From contig CAMCYT010000001.1 of the NCBI GenBank assembly GCA_945885485.1, forward strand, positions 1 through 47,218: 47,218 nucleotides of DNA, written 5' to 3'. This document shows, piece by piece, positions 1 to 9,475 of the stretch. Position 1 is the stretch's first letter. Every line of letters begins with the position of its first letter. Source of the DNA: Prosthecobacter debontii. GTDB lineage: Bacteria > Verrucomicrobiota > Verrucomicrobiia > Verrucomicrobiales > Akkermansiaceae. Position numbers and translations under genes: made by a program. A model generated the notes under the pieces. That model did not search any database. It had not been told where the DNA came from and saw nothing but the letters and a program-made list of their open reading frames with translations.

Positions 1-1
1 G

Positions 2-895
2 GGCATTCTTTACTGCATCGATTTCGAGACCCAGAAATTACGCTGGAAAATGGAAACCGGTGATACGATCCAGGCCGCACCCGCGATTTCTAACGAAAAA
101 GTTTTCGTCGGCTCGGGCGACAAGCATTTCTACGCGCTCGATCTCAAGACCGGCGAAAAACTGTGGGCTGTCGAGGGCGGCGACAAATTTCCCTCTGCCG
201 CAAACTTGGTTAACGCTCCCGATGGTTCGGGCGTATGGGTCCTCGTGAATGGCTATGACGGAATCACCCGCTGCCTGCGCGCAGAAGATGGCTCCGTCGT
301 ATGGACTTACGCAACCAAAGACTTTATCAACGGCACACCCGCAGTCATCGATGGACGACTCATCGCTTTTGGCGGTTGCGACCAGGTGATTCATATTCTC
401 AATCTCGCCGACGGATCGCTCGTGAGTAAAATCGACACGGATGCTCAAATCACCAATTCCGTCGCCACCATTGGCACCACGGTTTACTGCGGCAATCACG
501 CCAACCAACTCGTCGCCGCCGAGGCGGATGCGAAAAAACTTTCCTGGGTCTACCAAGCTAACGAATTTCCCTTTTTCACCGCTCCAGCCGTCGATGACAA
601 AAATGTTTATATCGGCTCGCGCGACAAATCCCTCCACGCCATCAAACGCAGCGACGGCACCAGTGCATGGACTTTCAAAACCGGCGGTCGGATCGGCAGC
701 TCGCCCATCGCCTTTGACGACGGCATCGTCTTCGGCTCGAGCGATGGCCGCCTCTACGCCGCCAACCCAGCCGATGGAACTGAGCTTTGGCGCCTCGATT
801 TAGGAGAAGATCTCACCGCTTCGCCCGTATACGCTCAAGGCCGCATCATCATAACAGGTGGCAAAGGCACCCTTTATGTGATATCGGGTAAATGA
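2..895 (+). CDS. PQQ-binding-like beta-propeller repeat protein (BamB-like), 5'-truncated by window edge
   Basis: Repeated blade motifs (VFVGSGDKHFYALDLKTGEKLW, VYIGSRDKSLHAIKRSDGTSAW, VFGSSDGRLYAANPADGTELW); frame is open upstream of the ATG at 50 (GILYCIDFETQKLRWK) to the window edge. Confidence 0.85.
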   Translation, partial: GILYCIDFETQKLRWKMETGDTIQAAPAISNEKVFVGSGDKHFYALDLKTGEKLWAVEGGDKFPSAANLVNAPDGSGVWVLVNGYDGITRCLRAEDGSVVWTYATKDFINGTPAVIDGRLIAFGGCDQVIHILNLADGSLVSKIDTDAQITNSVATIGTTVYCGNHANQLVAAEADAKKLSWVYQANEFPFFTAPAVDDKNVYIGSRDKSLHAIKRSDGTSAWTFKTGGRIGSSPIAFDDGIVFGSSDGRLYAANPADGTELWRLDLGEDLTASPVYAQGRIIITGGKGTLYVISGK

Positions 896-922
896 TCCCA
901 CCAATTCCTGACTCTCATCACC

Positions 923-2254
923 ATGCCAGAAACCACTTCGAATCCACCCCCATCGCACGGCACCCGCGCGGGTAATTATTTCATCTCGAACTATCCGCCG
1001 TTTTCCTTCTGGACCGATGATCAGGCAGCTGCGGTCGAGGAGGCTTACTCCGCTCCCCATGAAGGCACACCACCTGCGCTTGGCCTTTATCATCACATCC
1101 CTTTCTGCCGCAAGCGCTGCCATTTCTGCTACTTCCGCGTTTACACCGACAAGAACGCCGACGAGATCAAGCACTACCTCGACTCCACCGTCCGCGAGCT
1201 GGAAATGATGGCGCGCAAGCCGCTCATCGCAGGCCGCAAACCGCACTTCATCTACTTCGGCGGCGGCACTCCGTCCTACCTATCCGCATCACAACTCGTC
1301 GATCTAACAGACAGAATGAAAGCCCTGCTCCCATGGGACGCGGCCGAGGAAGTCGCATTCGAATGCGAACCCGGAACCCTCAATCCCGGCAAGCTCACCG
1401 CCATCAAGGACATCGGCGTCACTCGACTCTCCCTCGGGATTGAGAACTTCAATGATCGTATTCTCGAAATCAACGGCCGTGCCCACCGCACCAAAGAAGT
1501 CTGGCGCGCTTACGAACGCGCCCGCGCCGAAAATTTCGATCAAGTCAACATCGACCTCATCGCCGGCATGCTCGAAGAAACCGATGAAAACTGGCAGAAT
1601 AACATCGCCAAAACTCTCGAGCTCGCCCCCGACTCCGTCACGATCTATCAGATGGAAGTGCCTTACAACACCGGCATCTACAAGGACATGAAAGCCAGCG
1701 GAAGCCTCGTCGCTCCCATCGCAGATTGGGAAACCAAACGCCGCTGGGTCAAGGAAGCCTTCGCCGAACTCGAAGCCAATGGCTACACGATCTCCTCCGG
1801 ATACACCGCTGTGAAAAATCCCGAACGCACCAAGTTTATCTATCGCGATTCCCTCTGGGGCGGAGCCGATCTGTTAGGCCTCGGCGTCGCCTCTTTCTCT
1901 CATGCCAAAGGTGTCCATTATCAAAATCTGACGGAAATTGACGACTACGATGCCGCCATCTCTGCGGGTCGCATGCCGACCAAGCGCGCCCTCAGAACCA
2001 CCGAAGAGGAACGCATGATCCGCGAGTTCATTCTCCAAATGAAACTCGGCCGCGTGAAAGCCGATTATTTCCAACAGAAATTCGGCATCAACATCCTCGA
2101 ACGCTTTGCCGCTCCGCTCGCCCAGATCCAATCCGAAGGCCTCCTCCAAATCGAGAGCGCCGCCATCCACCTCACCCGCGACGGACTCCTCTGCGTCGAT
2201 AACCTCCTCCACGACTTCTTCCTCCCTCACCACCACACCGATAAAATCGTCTAA
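923..2254 (+). CDS. HemN-like radical SAM enzyme (possible class C methyltransferase; not clearly HemN or HemW)
   Basis: YHHIPFCRKRCHFCYF (CxxxCxxC), IYFGGGTPS, ECEPGT, RLSLGIENF, NIDLIAGM; lacks the RNFQGY (HemN) and HNxxYW (HemW) motifs. Confidence 0.85.
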   Translation: MPETTSNPPPSHGTRAGNYFISNYPPFSFWTDDQAAAVEEAYSAPHEGTPPALGLYHHIPFCRKRCHFCYFRVYTDKNADEIKHYLDSTVRELEMMARKPLIAGRKPHFIYFGGGTPSYLSASQLVDLTDRMKALLPWDAAEEVAFECEPGTLNPGKLTAIKDIGVTRLSLGIENFNDRILEINGRAHRTKEVWRAYERARAENFDQVNIDLIAGMLEETDENWQNNIAKTLELAPDSVTIYQMEVPYNTGIYKDMKASGSLVAPIADWETKRRWVKEAFAELEANGYTISSGYTAVKNPERTKFIYRDSLWGGADLLGLGVASFSHAKGVHYQNLTEIDDYDAAISAGRMPTKRALRTTEEERMIREFILQMKLGRVKADYFQQKFGINILERFAAPLAQIQSEGLLQIESAAIHLTRDGLLCVDNLLHDFFLPHHHTDKIV

Positions 2255-2286
2255 CAATTTCTCCCATTCAAAAATCCAAAAGTTAG

Positions 2287-2472
2287 AACCACGAAACACA
2301 CAAAAATTTAAGATGAAAAATGGGAATACTTTATCATCAAAGAGTAGTGGGAGAAACTCGTGCAATCCTCTCTCCTTTCGTGTGCTTCGTGATTTTCGTG
2401 GTTATAAAATTGGTTTTTCGTCGGTTAAATCATCTCCCTGTTCATCTGCGTTCATCCTGTCCATCTGTGGTT
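2287..2472. repeat. Intergenic element with tandem-repeat inverted arms (AACCACGAAA type) plus an extra right arm
   Basis: AACCACGAAACACAC at 2287 is inverted to TTTCGTGTGCTTCGTGATTTTCGTGGTT (2376-2403, 9-nt period); second arm ATCTGCGTTCATCCTGTCCATCTGTGGTT at 2444-2472; AT-rich spacer. Confidence 0.7.
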
Positions 2473-2495
2473 AAATTACTCTTTCAGAACAAATC

Positions 2496-3029
2496 ATGCA
2501 GGCTCCCAAACTTCTCACAGAACTCAACCCCATCCTCGCCACCTCCCACCTCGGGGCGGTGCCGCTGTCTTGGATACCTGCAAATGAAGTCCCGCAGCCC
2601 TATCAGAAACTTCTTGTCCACGATCACGACATGACCTCGGAACTCGCCGCCTTCCATGGCGATTCCATCTCACTCACCGTCCTGCATTCGCAGCTCAACG
2701 ATTCAATCTACCTCCGCGAAGTCACGCTCCACGCCTCCTCCTCCGGCACCACCGTCGAATACGGCGTGATCGAGATCCTCCTCGACTCTTTCCCGCCCGA
2801 ACTCCGCCCCCGCATCCTCGCCGGAGATACCCCCCTAGGCACCATCCTCACCACCTCCGGCCTCCGCTTCCATAGCGAACCCCAAGGCTTCTTCACTATA
2901 CCTAGCCAGAAACTCGAAAGCATTTTTTTACAATCTCCCTCTGGAAAAATCTTATTTGGACGCTATAATCAATTGGTTGGAGATGAATCCAAGGTCTTCG
3001 CCCGCATTCTCGAAATCCTTCCTCACTGA
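2496..3029 (+). CDS. Chorismate pyruvate-lyase-like (UbiC/UTRA-fold) protein
   Basis: LLVHDHDMTSELAAFHG, YLREVTL, ILAGDTPLGTIL, GRYNQL and terminal ILEILP resemble the UbiC/Rv2949c chorismate-lyase pattern (LL..GS.T..L / R.V.L / PLG.IL / R / E.F.P); recognised by eye. Confidence 0.6.
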   Translation: MQAPKLLTELNPILATSHLGAVPLSWIPANEVPQPYQKLLVHDHDMTSELAAFHGDSISLTVLHSQLNDSIYLREVTLHASSSGTTVEYGVIEILLDSFPPELRPRILAGDTPLGTILTTSGLRFHSEPQGFFTIPSQKLESIFLQSPSGKILFGRYNQLVGDESKVFARILEILPH

Positions 3030-3051
3030 AATACTCAATACTCAATCTCCC

Positions 3052-4305
3052 ATGCAATACGATGCGATCATCATCGGCGGCGGCCCCGCCGGCACCACCT
3101 CCGCGACTCTCCTTGCAGAGAAAGGCCACCGCGTCCTCCTCGTCGAGAAAACCACCTTCCCCCGCTACCACGTCGGCGAGTCACTCATGCCCTTCTGCTG
3201 GTTCACCCTGAATCGTCTCGGTGTCATCGACCGCATGGCGGAAATCGGGTTCACTCGTAAACACAGCGTTCAGTTCGCCTCCATCGACGGGAGCGTCTCC
3301 GCACCCTTTTACTTCTTCCAACACTTCGATCATCCCGCGGCCACAACCTGGCAAGTCGAGCGCCAGGACTTCGACCTCATGCTCCTCGACAACGCCCGCT
3401 CCAAGGGCGTCGAAGTCCGCGAAAACACCACCGCCCTCGAATTTCTCAAAAACGGCGATCGCATCAACGGTATCCGCGCCCGCACTGGCGATGAGGATCC
3501 ATTTGAAGTTACCGCCCCAATCACCCTCGATTGCACCGGCCGCGACGCGCTCTTTCAGCGGAAACACGGCACCCGTAATCGCGATCCCCAACTCAACAAA
3601 GTCTCCATCTGGACGCTCTATCAGGATGCCAAACGTGACAGCGGCCTCGAAGAAGGCGCCACCACCATCGCCTACCTCCCGGGTGGCGGCTGGTTCTGGA
3701 ACATCCCGCTGCGCAACGGAGTTGTTAGCTCCGGCATTGTCGCCGAACGCGACTACCTTTTCAAACCCGGTGAAACCCGCGATCCTGCCGAAATTTACGC
3801 CCGCGAAATCGAAAACAACGCTTGGGTCAAAGACCACCTCTCCGTCGGCACACAATTCGGCGAATACTGGGTCACCGGCGAATACTCTTACCGCGCCGAA
3901 CACTGCGCCAACGATGGACTCGTCCTCGTCGGCGACGCCTTCGCTTTCCTTGATCCCGTTTTCTCCTCCGGTGTTTTCCTTGCCCTGAAATCCGGTGAAA
4001 TGGCCGCCGATGCCGCCCACGCCGCCCTCGAAAAAGGCGATACCTCCGCCGCCGCCTTCGCCCATTATGGAGAAACACTCTGCGGCCACATCGAAACCAT
4101 GCGTCGCATCGTTTATGCTTTTTACGACAAAGACTTCAGCTTCGCTAAACTCATCCGCAAATACCCCGATCTCCGCCCGAAACTCACCGATGTCCTCATT
4201 GGCAACGTCGAAGGCCAGGACTACACCGACCTCGCCCGCGCCATCGCCGATTTCGCGAAATTGCCCGAACCCCTCGACTACGGACGCGTCCCTGTCGTAG
4301 TCTGA
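3052..4305 (+). CDS. Flavin-dependent halogenase-like NAD(P)/FAD oxidoreductase
   Basis: GGGPAG FAD motif, RYHVGESLMP, Lys in GFTRKHSVQF at the position of the catalytic Lys, WFWNIP (WxWxIP), FLDPVFSSGV; start set at ATG 3052 (MQYDAIIIG), after the upstream stop at 3029. Confidence 0.8.
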   Translation: MQYDAIIIGGGPAGTTSATLLAEKGHRVLLVEKTTFPRYHVGESLMPFCWFTLNRLGVIDRMAEIGFTRKHSVQFASIDGSVSAPFYFFQHFDHPAATTWQVERQDFDLMLLDNARSKGVEVRENTTALEFLKNGDRINGIRARTGDEDPFEVTAPITLDCTGRDALFQRKHGTRNRDPQLNKVSIWTLYQDAKRDSGLEEGATTIAYLPGGGWFWNIPLRNGVVSSGIVAERDYLFKPGETRDPAEIYAREIENNAWVKDHLSVGTQFGEYWVTGEYSYRAEHCANDGLVLVGDAFAFLDPVFSSGVFLALKSGEMAADAAHAALEKGDTSAAAFAHYGETLCGHIETMRRIVYAFYDKDFSFAKLIRKYPDLRPKLTDVLIGNVEGQDYTDLARAIADFAKLPEPLDYGRVPVVV

Positions 4306-4318
4306 AACGGTAGAGCAC

Positions 4319-4341
4319 CCGCTTCGCTCCCATTGTGGTTC
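4319..4341. repeat. Solo repeat arm, exact 23-bp inverted copy of 7931-7953
   Basis: CCGCTTCGCTCCCATTGTGGTTC is the reverse complement of GAACCACAATGGGAGCGAAGCGG at 7931. Confidence 0.8.
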
Positions 4342-4429
4342 TCTTCATTATTTGTTCAGGTTTTATTCCTTGTGTAGAAACTCAGTCCGTGGGTTCTAGT
4401 CTTCTGTCTTTCAGTCTTGAGTCTCCAGC

Positions 4430-5713
4430 ATGAACTTCGCCTTCCTCACTCCCGGCACTGGATCTTATTATTGCGGAGCCTGCATGCGTGATAACGCGCT
4501 TGCGAAGTCGCTGCTCGCCGCAGGTCATCAGGTTTCCCTGCTGCCGATGTATCTTCCGCTTCAGCTTGATGAGGAAATGCTACCGCAGGAGCAAAACCCC
4601 ATCTTCTTCGGTGGCATCAATGTGTATCTCCAGCAGAACCTCTCAGTTTTCCGGCACACCCCGCGCTGGGTTGATGATTTGCTGAACAACACCAAACTTC
4701 TCCGCTTCGCCGCCAAGCGCAGCCACATGACTTCCGCCCGCGTCCACGGCGCGATGACGCTGGCCATGCTCCGCATCGAGGGCAGTCACTTCGGCAAGGA
4801 GCTCGATAAACTCATCGACTGGCTCGCCATCGAAAAACCCGACATCCTATGCTTGGGAACCGCTCTCCAAGCCGGCATGATCCGCCAGCTCAAGCAGCGC
4901 CTCGGTGTGAAAATTATCTGTTGTTTTCAAGGCGAAGACAGCTTCCTCGACGGGCTCCCCGAGCCGTTCAAATCCTCTTGCTGGCAAGAACTGCGCGATC
5001 GCCTCCAAGACGCGGATCTGCTCGTAGCTCCCAGTCAGTTTTATGCCGACCTCATGCGGGAGCGCCTCAATGCGCCCGATCTCCGCATCGAAATCATGCC
5101 CAACGGCATCGACCTCGAAGGTTACTTATCACCGCGCCCATCCTCGCCTCCCGTCATCGGTTATCTCGCCCGCATGATACGGGAAAAAGGTCTGTTAGAT
5201 CTGGTCGAGGCTTTCATTCATCTCCGCATCGCCCTCAAACACCCCGACGCCCGTCTGCACATTGCTGGTGCTGCCACCGCGGGCGATTCCGCACTCATCG
5301 CAGAGCTCAAACAGCAACTTGAAACCGCTGGGCTAAGCGATCAGGTCACTTGGTCGCCGAACATTTCCCGCGAGGAAAAAGCCAGCATGCTCTCCTCGCT
5401 GACCCTCTTCTCCGTCCCCGCAATTTATCCGGAAGCCTTCGGCCTCTATCTGTTAGAAGCCATGGCCAGCGGCTTGCCCGTCGTGCAGCCCAATGCATCC
5501 TCGTTTACTGAAATCATCACAAATAGCGGAGCTGGCGCTCTCGTCCCGCCCGGAGATACCCGCGCTCTCGCCGCAACTTGGCTGGAACTGCTAAATAACC
5601 CGGATGCCCTCCAATCTTTCCGTGAAAAAGGTCGCCATGCTGCCGAGCAATCCTATAGCATAGGAGCCATGCGTGACCGATTTCTCCACCTCGCCACACC
5701 ACTCGTTCCATGA
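4430..5713 (+). CDS. Glycosyltransferase family 4 (GT-B) with N-terminal CxxC
   Basis: IMPNGID, GYLARMIREKG, EAFGLYLLEAMASGLPVV (ExFGxxxxE motif); N-terminal YCGACMRD. Confidence 0.85.
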   Translation: MNFAFLTPGTGSYYCGACMRDNALAKSLLAAGHQVSLLPMYLPLQLDEEMLPQEQNPIFFGGINVYLQQNLSVFRHTPRWVDDLLNNTKLLRFAAKRSHMTSARVHGAMTLAMLRIEGSHFGKELDKLIDWLAIEKPDILCLGTALQAGMIRQLKQRLGVKIICCFQGEDSFLDGLPEPFKSSCWQELRDRLQDADLLVAPSQFYADLMRERLNAPDLRIEIMPNGIDLEGYLSPRPSSPPVIGYLARMIREKGLLDLVEAFIHLRIALKHPDARLHIAGAATAGDSALIAELKQQLETAGLSDQVTWSPNISREEKASMLSSLTLFSVPAIYPEAFGLYLLEAMASGLPVVQPNASSFTEIITNSGAGALVPPGDTRALAATWLELLNNPDALQSFREKGRHAAEQSYSIGAMRDRFLHLATPLVP

Positions 5714-6129
5714 GCAAGCCCGCCTTTGAAATACAACGCCATGTCGAGTTTTACGAAACCGACATGGCGGGCATCGTCCATTTCTCCAACTTTTTTCGCT
5801 TCATGGAAACCTGCGAGCACGCCTTCGTTCGCAGTCTCGATCACGAACTCCACGGCCTGCTCGACGGCCTCGAAACCGGCTGGCCACGCGTCAACGCCAC
5901 CTGCGACTACCGCTCGCCCGCGCGTTTTGGCGATCTCCTAACCATCCGACTGTTCATCGCGGAAGTCCGCAACCGCTCCGTCCGCTATCGCTTTGAAATC
6001 ACCCGCGAAGATACACTCATCGCAGAAGGCTCAATCTCCGCCGCCCACGTAGCCATCACCCCGGAAGGCATCAAAGCCGTCCCGCTCCCACCCACCCTCG
6101 CTCAAAAGCTCTCCGCACTGATCACTTGA
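5710..6129 (+). CDS. Acyl-CoA thioesterase (4-HB-CoA thioesterase/YbgC hotdog fold)
   Basis: ETDMAGIVHFSNFFRFME motif, DYRSPARFGD; ATGA overlap with the GT4 stop. Confidence 0.85.
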   Translation: MSKPAFEIQRHVEFYETDMAGIVHFSNFFRFMETCEHAFVRSLDHELHGLLDGLETGWPRVNATCDYRSPARFGDLLTIRLFIAEVRNRSVRYRFEITREDTLIAEGSISAAHVAITPEGIKAVPLPPTLAQKLSALIT

Positions 6130-6142
6130 AACTTCTTACTAA

Positions 6143-6679
6143 ATGAAATCCATGAACTGGTTCTCTCTCGCACTTGTCACCGTCGCCTGTTGGGGACTTT
6201 ACGGAATTTTTCTCCACGCCGGCCAAGTCGGCATGAAGGATCCACTACTCGGCCGTTACAAGGCGTTCCTGTTTGTTGGCATCGCCTATTTCCTCACCGC
6301 CGTCCTTGCTCCGCTGGTTATTCTGTTAGCCTCGAAAAACATGAATTGGAACATGCCGCAAAAAGGCATGTGGATTTCACTTTTCGCAGGGATCCTTGGA
6401 GCCATCGGTGCGTTCTTCGTTCTGCTTGCGATGGGATCGGGCGCGAAGGCAGGGATGAATCCCGCCATCGTCGCGGTCTCGGTCATGTCGATTATCTTTG
6501 CCGGAGCGCCCATCGTGAATGCGATCGTCAGCATCGCGATGCATCCGCCCAAAGGAGGATTCTCCGCCATCCCAATCCCGTTCATCCTGGGAATTTTGCT
6601 CGCCGCACTCGGTGGCTTCATGGTCACCAAATACAAACCGTCTTCAGCACCGCCGCCGAAAATCGCTGAGAAGCCCTAA
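6143..6679 (+). CDS. Integral membrane protein (about 5 TM, DMT/EamA-like)
   Basis: Five hydrophobic segments, N-terminal ACWGLYG, codon usage like neighbours. Confidence 0.65.
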   Translation: MKSMNWFSLALVTVACWGLYGIFLHAGQVGMKDPLLGRYKAFLFVGIAYFLTAVLAPLVILLASKNMNWNMPQKGMWISLFAGILGAIGAFFVLLAMGSGAKAGMNPAIVAVSVMSIIFAGAPIVNAIVSIAMHPPKGGFSAIPIPFILGILLAALGGFMVTKYKPSSAPPPKIAEKP

Positions 6680-6707
6680 CATACGACTTATAGGATTTAT
6701 AGGACCT

Positions 6708-7916
6708 ATGTCTTCTTCGCTCCAGAAACTCAATGACCTGATCCACGCCATCCTGCCGGCGAACCGTTTCTACGCCGAAAAACTTGGAGCGCCCGGAAAA
6801 TTCACCAGCCTCTCCGATTTCACCGAGCGTGTCCCTTTCACCACCAAGGACGAACTCGCCGCGAATCGTGAACAGCACCCGCCCTACGGCACAACCCACA
6901 CCTTCCCGCTTTCTAACTATCACCGCTTTCATCAAACCAGCGGCACCCGCGGCAAACCCCTCATCTGGCTTGACGATCCCGACAACTGGACATGGATCCT
7001 CGACAACTGGGAATGGGTCTGGCGCGGCGCAGGCGTAAAGCCCGGCGACACCGCTTTTTTTCCGTTCTCGTTCGGTCCGTTTCTCGGCTTCTGGGCGGGC
7101 TTCGAAGCGGCCACCCGCATGGGCATCCGCGCCGTTCCCGGTGGCGGGCTTTCTTCGGAAGACCGCCTTCAACTGCTGCTGCAAAGCCACTCGACCATCC
7201 TCTGCTGCACACCCACCTACGCCCTGCGTCTCGCCGAGGTAGGCGAAAAAATGAAGCTCCCGGTCTCTTCACTGGGCATCAAGAAAATCATCGTCTGCGG
7301 TGAACCCGGCGGCAGCATCCTCGAAGTCCGCCAACGCATTGAAACCGCATGGCAGGCTCACGCTTACGATCACCATGGCATGACCGAGATCGGCCCAGTC
7401 TCTGTTAGTTCGGAGACCGATCGTGATCTTCTCTTACTACGGCATGACTCCTATTTCTGCGAAGTCATCGACCCCACCAACGGCACTCCTACTGCATTGG
7501 GAGAAACCGGCGAACTCGTCCTCACCACCCTTGGCCGCTACGGCTCGCCTCTGCTTCGCTACCGCACAGGCGACCTCGTCATGCCCGTCGCACACGAAGA
7601 ACAATTCGCCCTCCGTGGTGGCGTTCTCAGTCGCACCGACGACATGATCGTGATCCGTGGCATCAACATCTATCCGAGTTCTATCGATGCCATCGTTCGC
7701 TCATTTCCTGACATCGCCGAGTATCAGGTGGAAATCGACCAACGCCCAGCTCTTGCCGAGATCCATCTAACAGTCGAGTCCTCCACAGAAACCGCGAGCG
7801 CGCTCTCCCAAAAACTCCGCTCCGTCTTCACCCTCCGCATCCCCGTCACCGCCGTGCCCACCGGCACTCTCCCCACCTTCGAGGTCAAAGCCAAACGCTG
7901 GAATATTCTCCAATAA
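6708..7916 (+). CDS. Phenylacetate-CoA ligase (PaaK)-family aryl-CoA ligase
   Basis: PFTTKDEL, QTSGTRGKP, CTPTYAL, CGEPG, DHHGMTE, LLRYRTGD, SRTDDMIVIRGINIYP; likely start ATG 6708 (ORF-track start overlaps the previous gene). Confidence 0.88.
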   Translation: MSSSLQKLNDLIHAILPANRFYAEKLGAPGKFTSLSDFTERVPFTTKDELAANREQHPPYGTTHTFPLSNYHRFHQTSGTRGKPLIWLDDPDNWTWILDNWEWVWRGAGVKPGDTAFFPFSFGPFLGFWAGFEAATRMGIRAVPGGGLSSEDRLQLLLQSHSTILCCTPTYALRLAEVGEKMKLPVSSLGIKKIIVCGEPGGSILEVRQRIETAWQAHAYDHHGMTEIGPVSVSSETDRDLLLLRHDSYFCEVIDPTNGTPTALGETGELVLTTLGRYGSPLLRYRTGDLVMPVAHEEQFALRGGVLSRTDDMIVIRGINIYPSSIDAIVRSFPDIAEYQVEIDQRPALAEIHLTVESSTETASALSQKLRSVFTLRIPVTAVPTGTLPTFEVKAKRWNILQ

Positions 7917-7930
7917 AACTAAAGAAATAT

Positions 7931-8080
7931 GAACCACAATGGGAGCGAAGCGGACATGGACGAACAACAAAAATTAAATCCTTTCGTTAAATGGACGCGG
8001 ATGTACACGGATTGTAAGAAATTTATAAAGAACTTATATCTTACTGTTTATCCGTGTGAATCTGTGTTCATCCGTGGTTC
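7931..8080. repeat. Intergenic element with 10-nt tandem-repeat inverted arms
   Basis: Left GAACCACAATGG... and AATGGACGCGGATGTACACGGAT (7990-8012); right ATCCGTGTGAATCTGTGTTCATCCGTGGTTC (8050-8080); AT-rich spacer. Confidence 0.75.
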
Positions 8081-8137
8081 CAATTCTTTTCTAAGATAAC
8101 CGTTGTTGGGCATCTTGCCCCAAACCCCTCTTCGATC

Positions 8138-8806
8138 ATGATCTCCGTTCTTAACCTCTCCAAAACCTACGAAACCCCAGGAGAAGCCATCCAGGTTCTC
8201 GACCGCCTAGACCTGACTCTCGCCGCCGGAGAAACCGCCGCCATCGTCGGCCCTTCCGGCAGCGGGAAATCCACGCTTCTCAATCTTCTCGGCGCCTTGG
8301 ATAGACCGACCTCCGGCTCGATCACGATTGGCGATCAGGATATTTCCACCTTCTCGGAGGAACAGGCAGCCGCTTTCCGCAACCACTCGCTCGGTTTCAT
8401 TTTTCAACAACAGCATCTTCTTCCGCAGCTCAACGTTCTCGAAAACGTCCTAGTCCCACGCCTCGCCGGCGATTGGCAGGAATCCGCCGACGACACAGAA
8501 AAACGTGCGCTAAAACTCCTTGAAAGCGTCGGTCTCTCCGGCCGCCTCCACCACCTTCCGTGGCAACTCTCCGGCGGCGAAAAACTCCGCACCGCCGTCG
8601 CCCGCGCCCTCATCAACCGCCCCAAACTCATCCTCGCCGATGAACCCACCGGCTCTCTCGATCCCGCTTCCGCCGACACCGTCGCCGACCTCCTCCTCGC
8701 CCTCAACCGCGACCACGGAGTCACCCTCATCGTCGTCACCCACAACCTCGCCATCGCGAAGCGCATGGGAAAAACCTTCGAGCTGAGAAACGGCAAGCTC
8801 CACTGA
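8138..8806 (+). CDS. ABC transporter ATP-binding protein (LolD/MacB-like)
   Basis: Walker A GPSGSGKS, LSGGE signature, ILADEPTG, VTHN. Confidence 0.92.
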   Translation: MISVLNLSKTYETPGEAIQVLDRLDLTLAAGETAAIVGPSGSGKSTLLNLLGALDRPTSGSITIGDQDISTFSEEQAAAFRNHSLGFIFQQQHLLPQLNVLENVLVPRLAGDWQESADDTEKRALKLLESVGLSGRLHHLPWQLSGGEKLRTAVARALINRPKLILADEPTGSLDPASADTVADLLLALNRDHGVTLIVVTHNLAIAKRMGKTFELRNGKLH

Positions 8807-8863
8807 CAAGAAGTAGTGAAAATTCATCTTTAAATCTGATTCTATTCATGTTTTACTACGGCT

Positions 8864-9145
8864 GTGCCACTTGATCTTAGAATTAACGAGATTCATCCCA
8901 TTTCAGATTTCGTCCGTAATGCCAGCGCGCATACCGCCCGAATTCGCCTAACCAAGCGGGCGGAAATTCTCACCCAACATGGCCGCCCCAGCCTCGCGGT
9001 GATGCCGGCCGAGGAATACGAACGCTTGTCCGTTGCCGCCGAATATCTCGATAGCATCGAGGCGATTAGGATCGGCCTCGAGGCTGCGGAGGCGGGACGT
9101 TCAAAACCTTTGTCCGAATCGATTCTCGGGTGGGAAGCACTCTGA
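8864..9145 (+). CDS. Type II antitoxin, Phd/YefM family
   Basis: IHPISDFVRN...ILTQHGRPSLAVMPAEEYERL; directly upstream of a ParE-like gene. Confidence 0.8.
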   Translation: MPLDLRINEIHPISDFVRNASAHTARIRLTKRAEILTQHGRPSLAVMPAEEYERLSVAAEYLDSIEAIRIGLEAAEAGRSKPLSESILGWEAL

Positions 9146-9151
9146 CCGCAA

Positions 9152-9475
9152 ATGCTCCACCGAGTAATCATCACTGATCCAGCGGATGAGAATTTTCGCG
9201 ACCATTTTCTATGGATCCGGGAACGCTCTCCGCAAGGTGCGGAAGCGTGGCGCACCCGCATCATCAACGCCATCAAATCACTTGAAATCGCACCGGAACG
9301 ACATGCACTTGCAAGGGAATCCGCCGCCTTCCCTGTCGAGATCCGCTGCCTGCTCTCAGGAAAAAACCATTCCGCATTCCGTATTCTCTACCAGATCAAA
9401 GGCGACGAGGTTCGGGTGCTCGCAATCCGTCGGCCTTCACAGGATCTCATGGAGCCAGAGGATCATTCAGAATGA
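9152..9475 (+). CDS. Type II toxin, ParE/RelE family
   Basis: RVIITDPADENF...WIRERSPQGA...FRILYQIKGDEVRVLAIRRPSQ. Confidence 0.8.
   Translation: MLHRVIITDPADENFRDHFLWIRERSPQGAEAWRTRIINAIKSLEIAPERHALARESAAFPVEIRCLLSGKNHSAFRILYQIKGDEVRVLAIRRPSQDLMEPEDHSE

Noticed and set aside
923-2254. Annotation as heme-biosynthetic hemN
   Set aside because: HemN-specific motifs are absent and there are no hem genes nearby
2106-2634. ORFs 2106-2474 and 2320-2634
   Set aside because: Overlap real genes and translate the repeat arms (FVCFVIFVV, SAFILSICG)
3181-4089. Long antisense ORFs (also 40663-41622, 11496-12101 and similar)
   Set aside because: Expected from strong C-ending codon bias, which removes stops on the opposite strand
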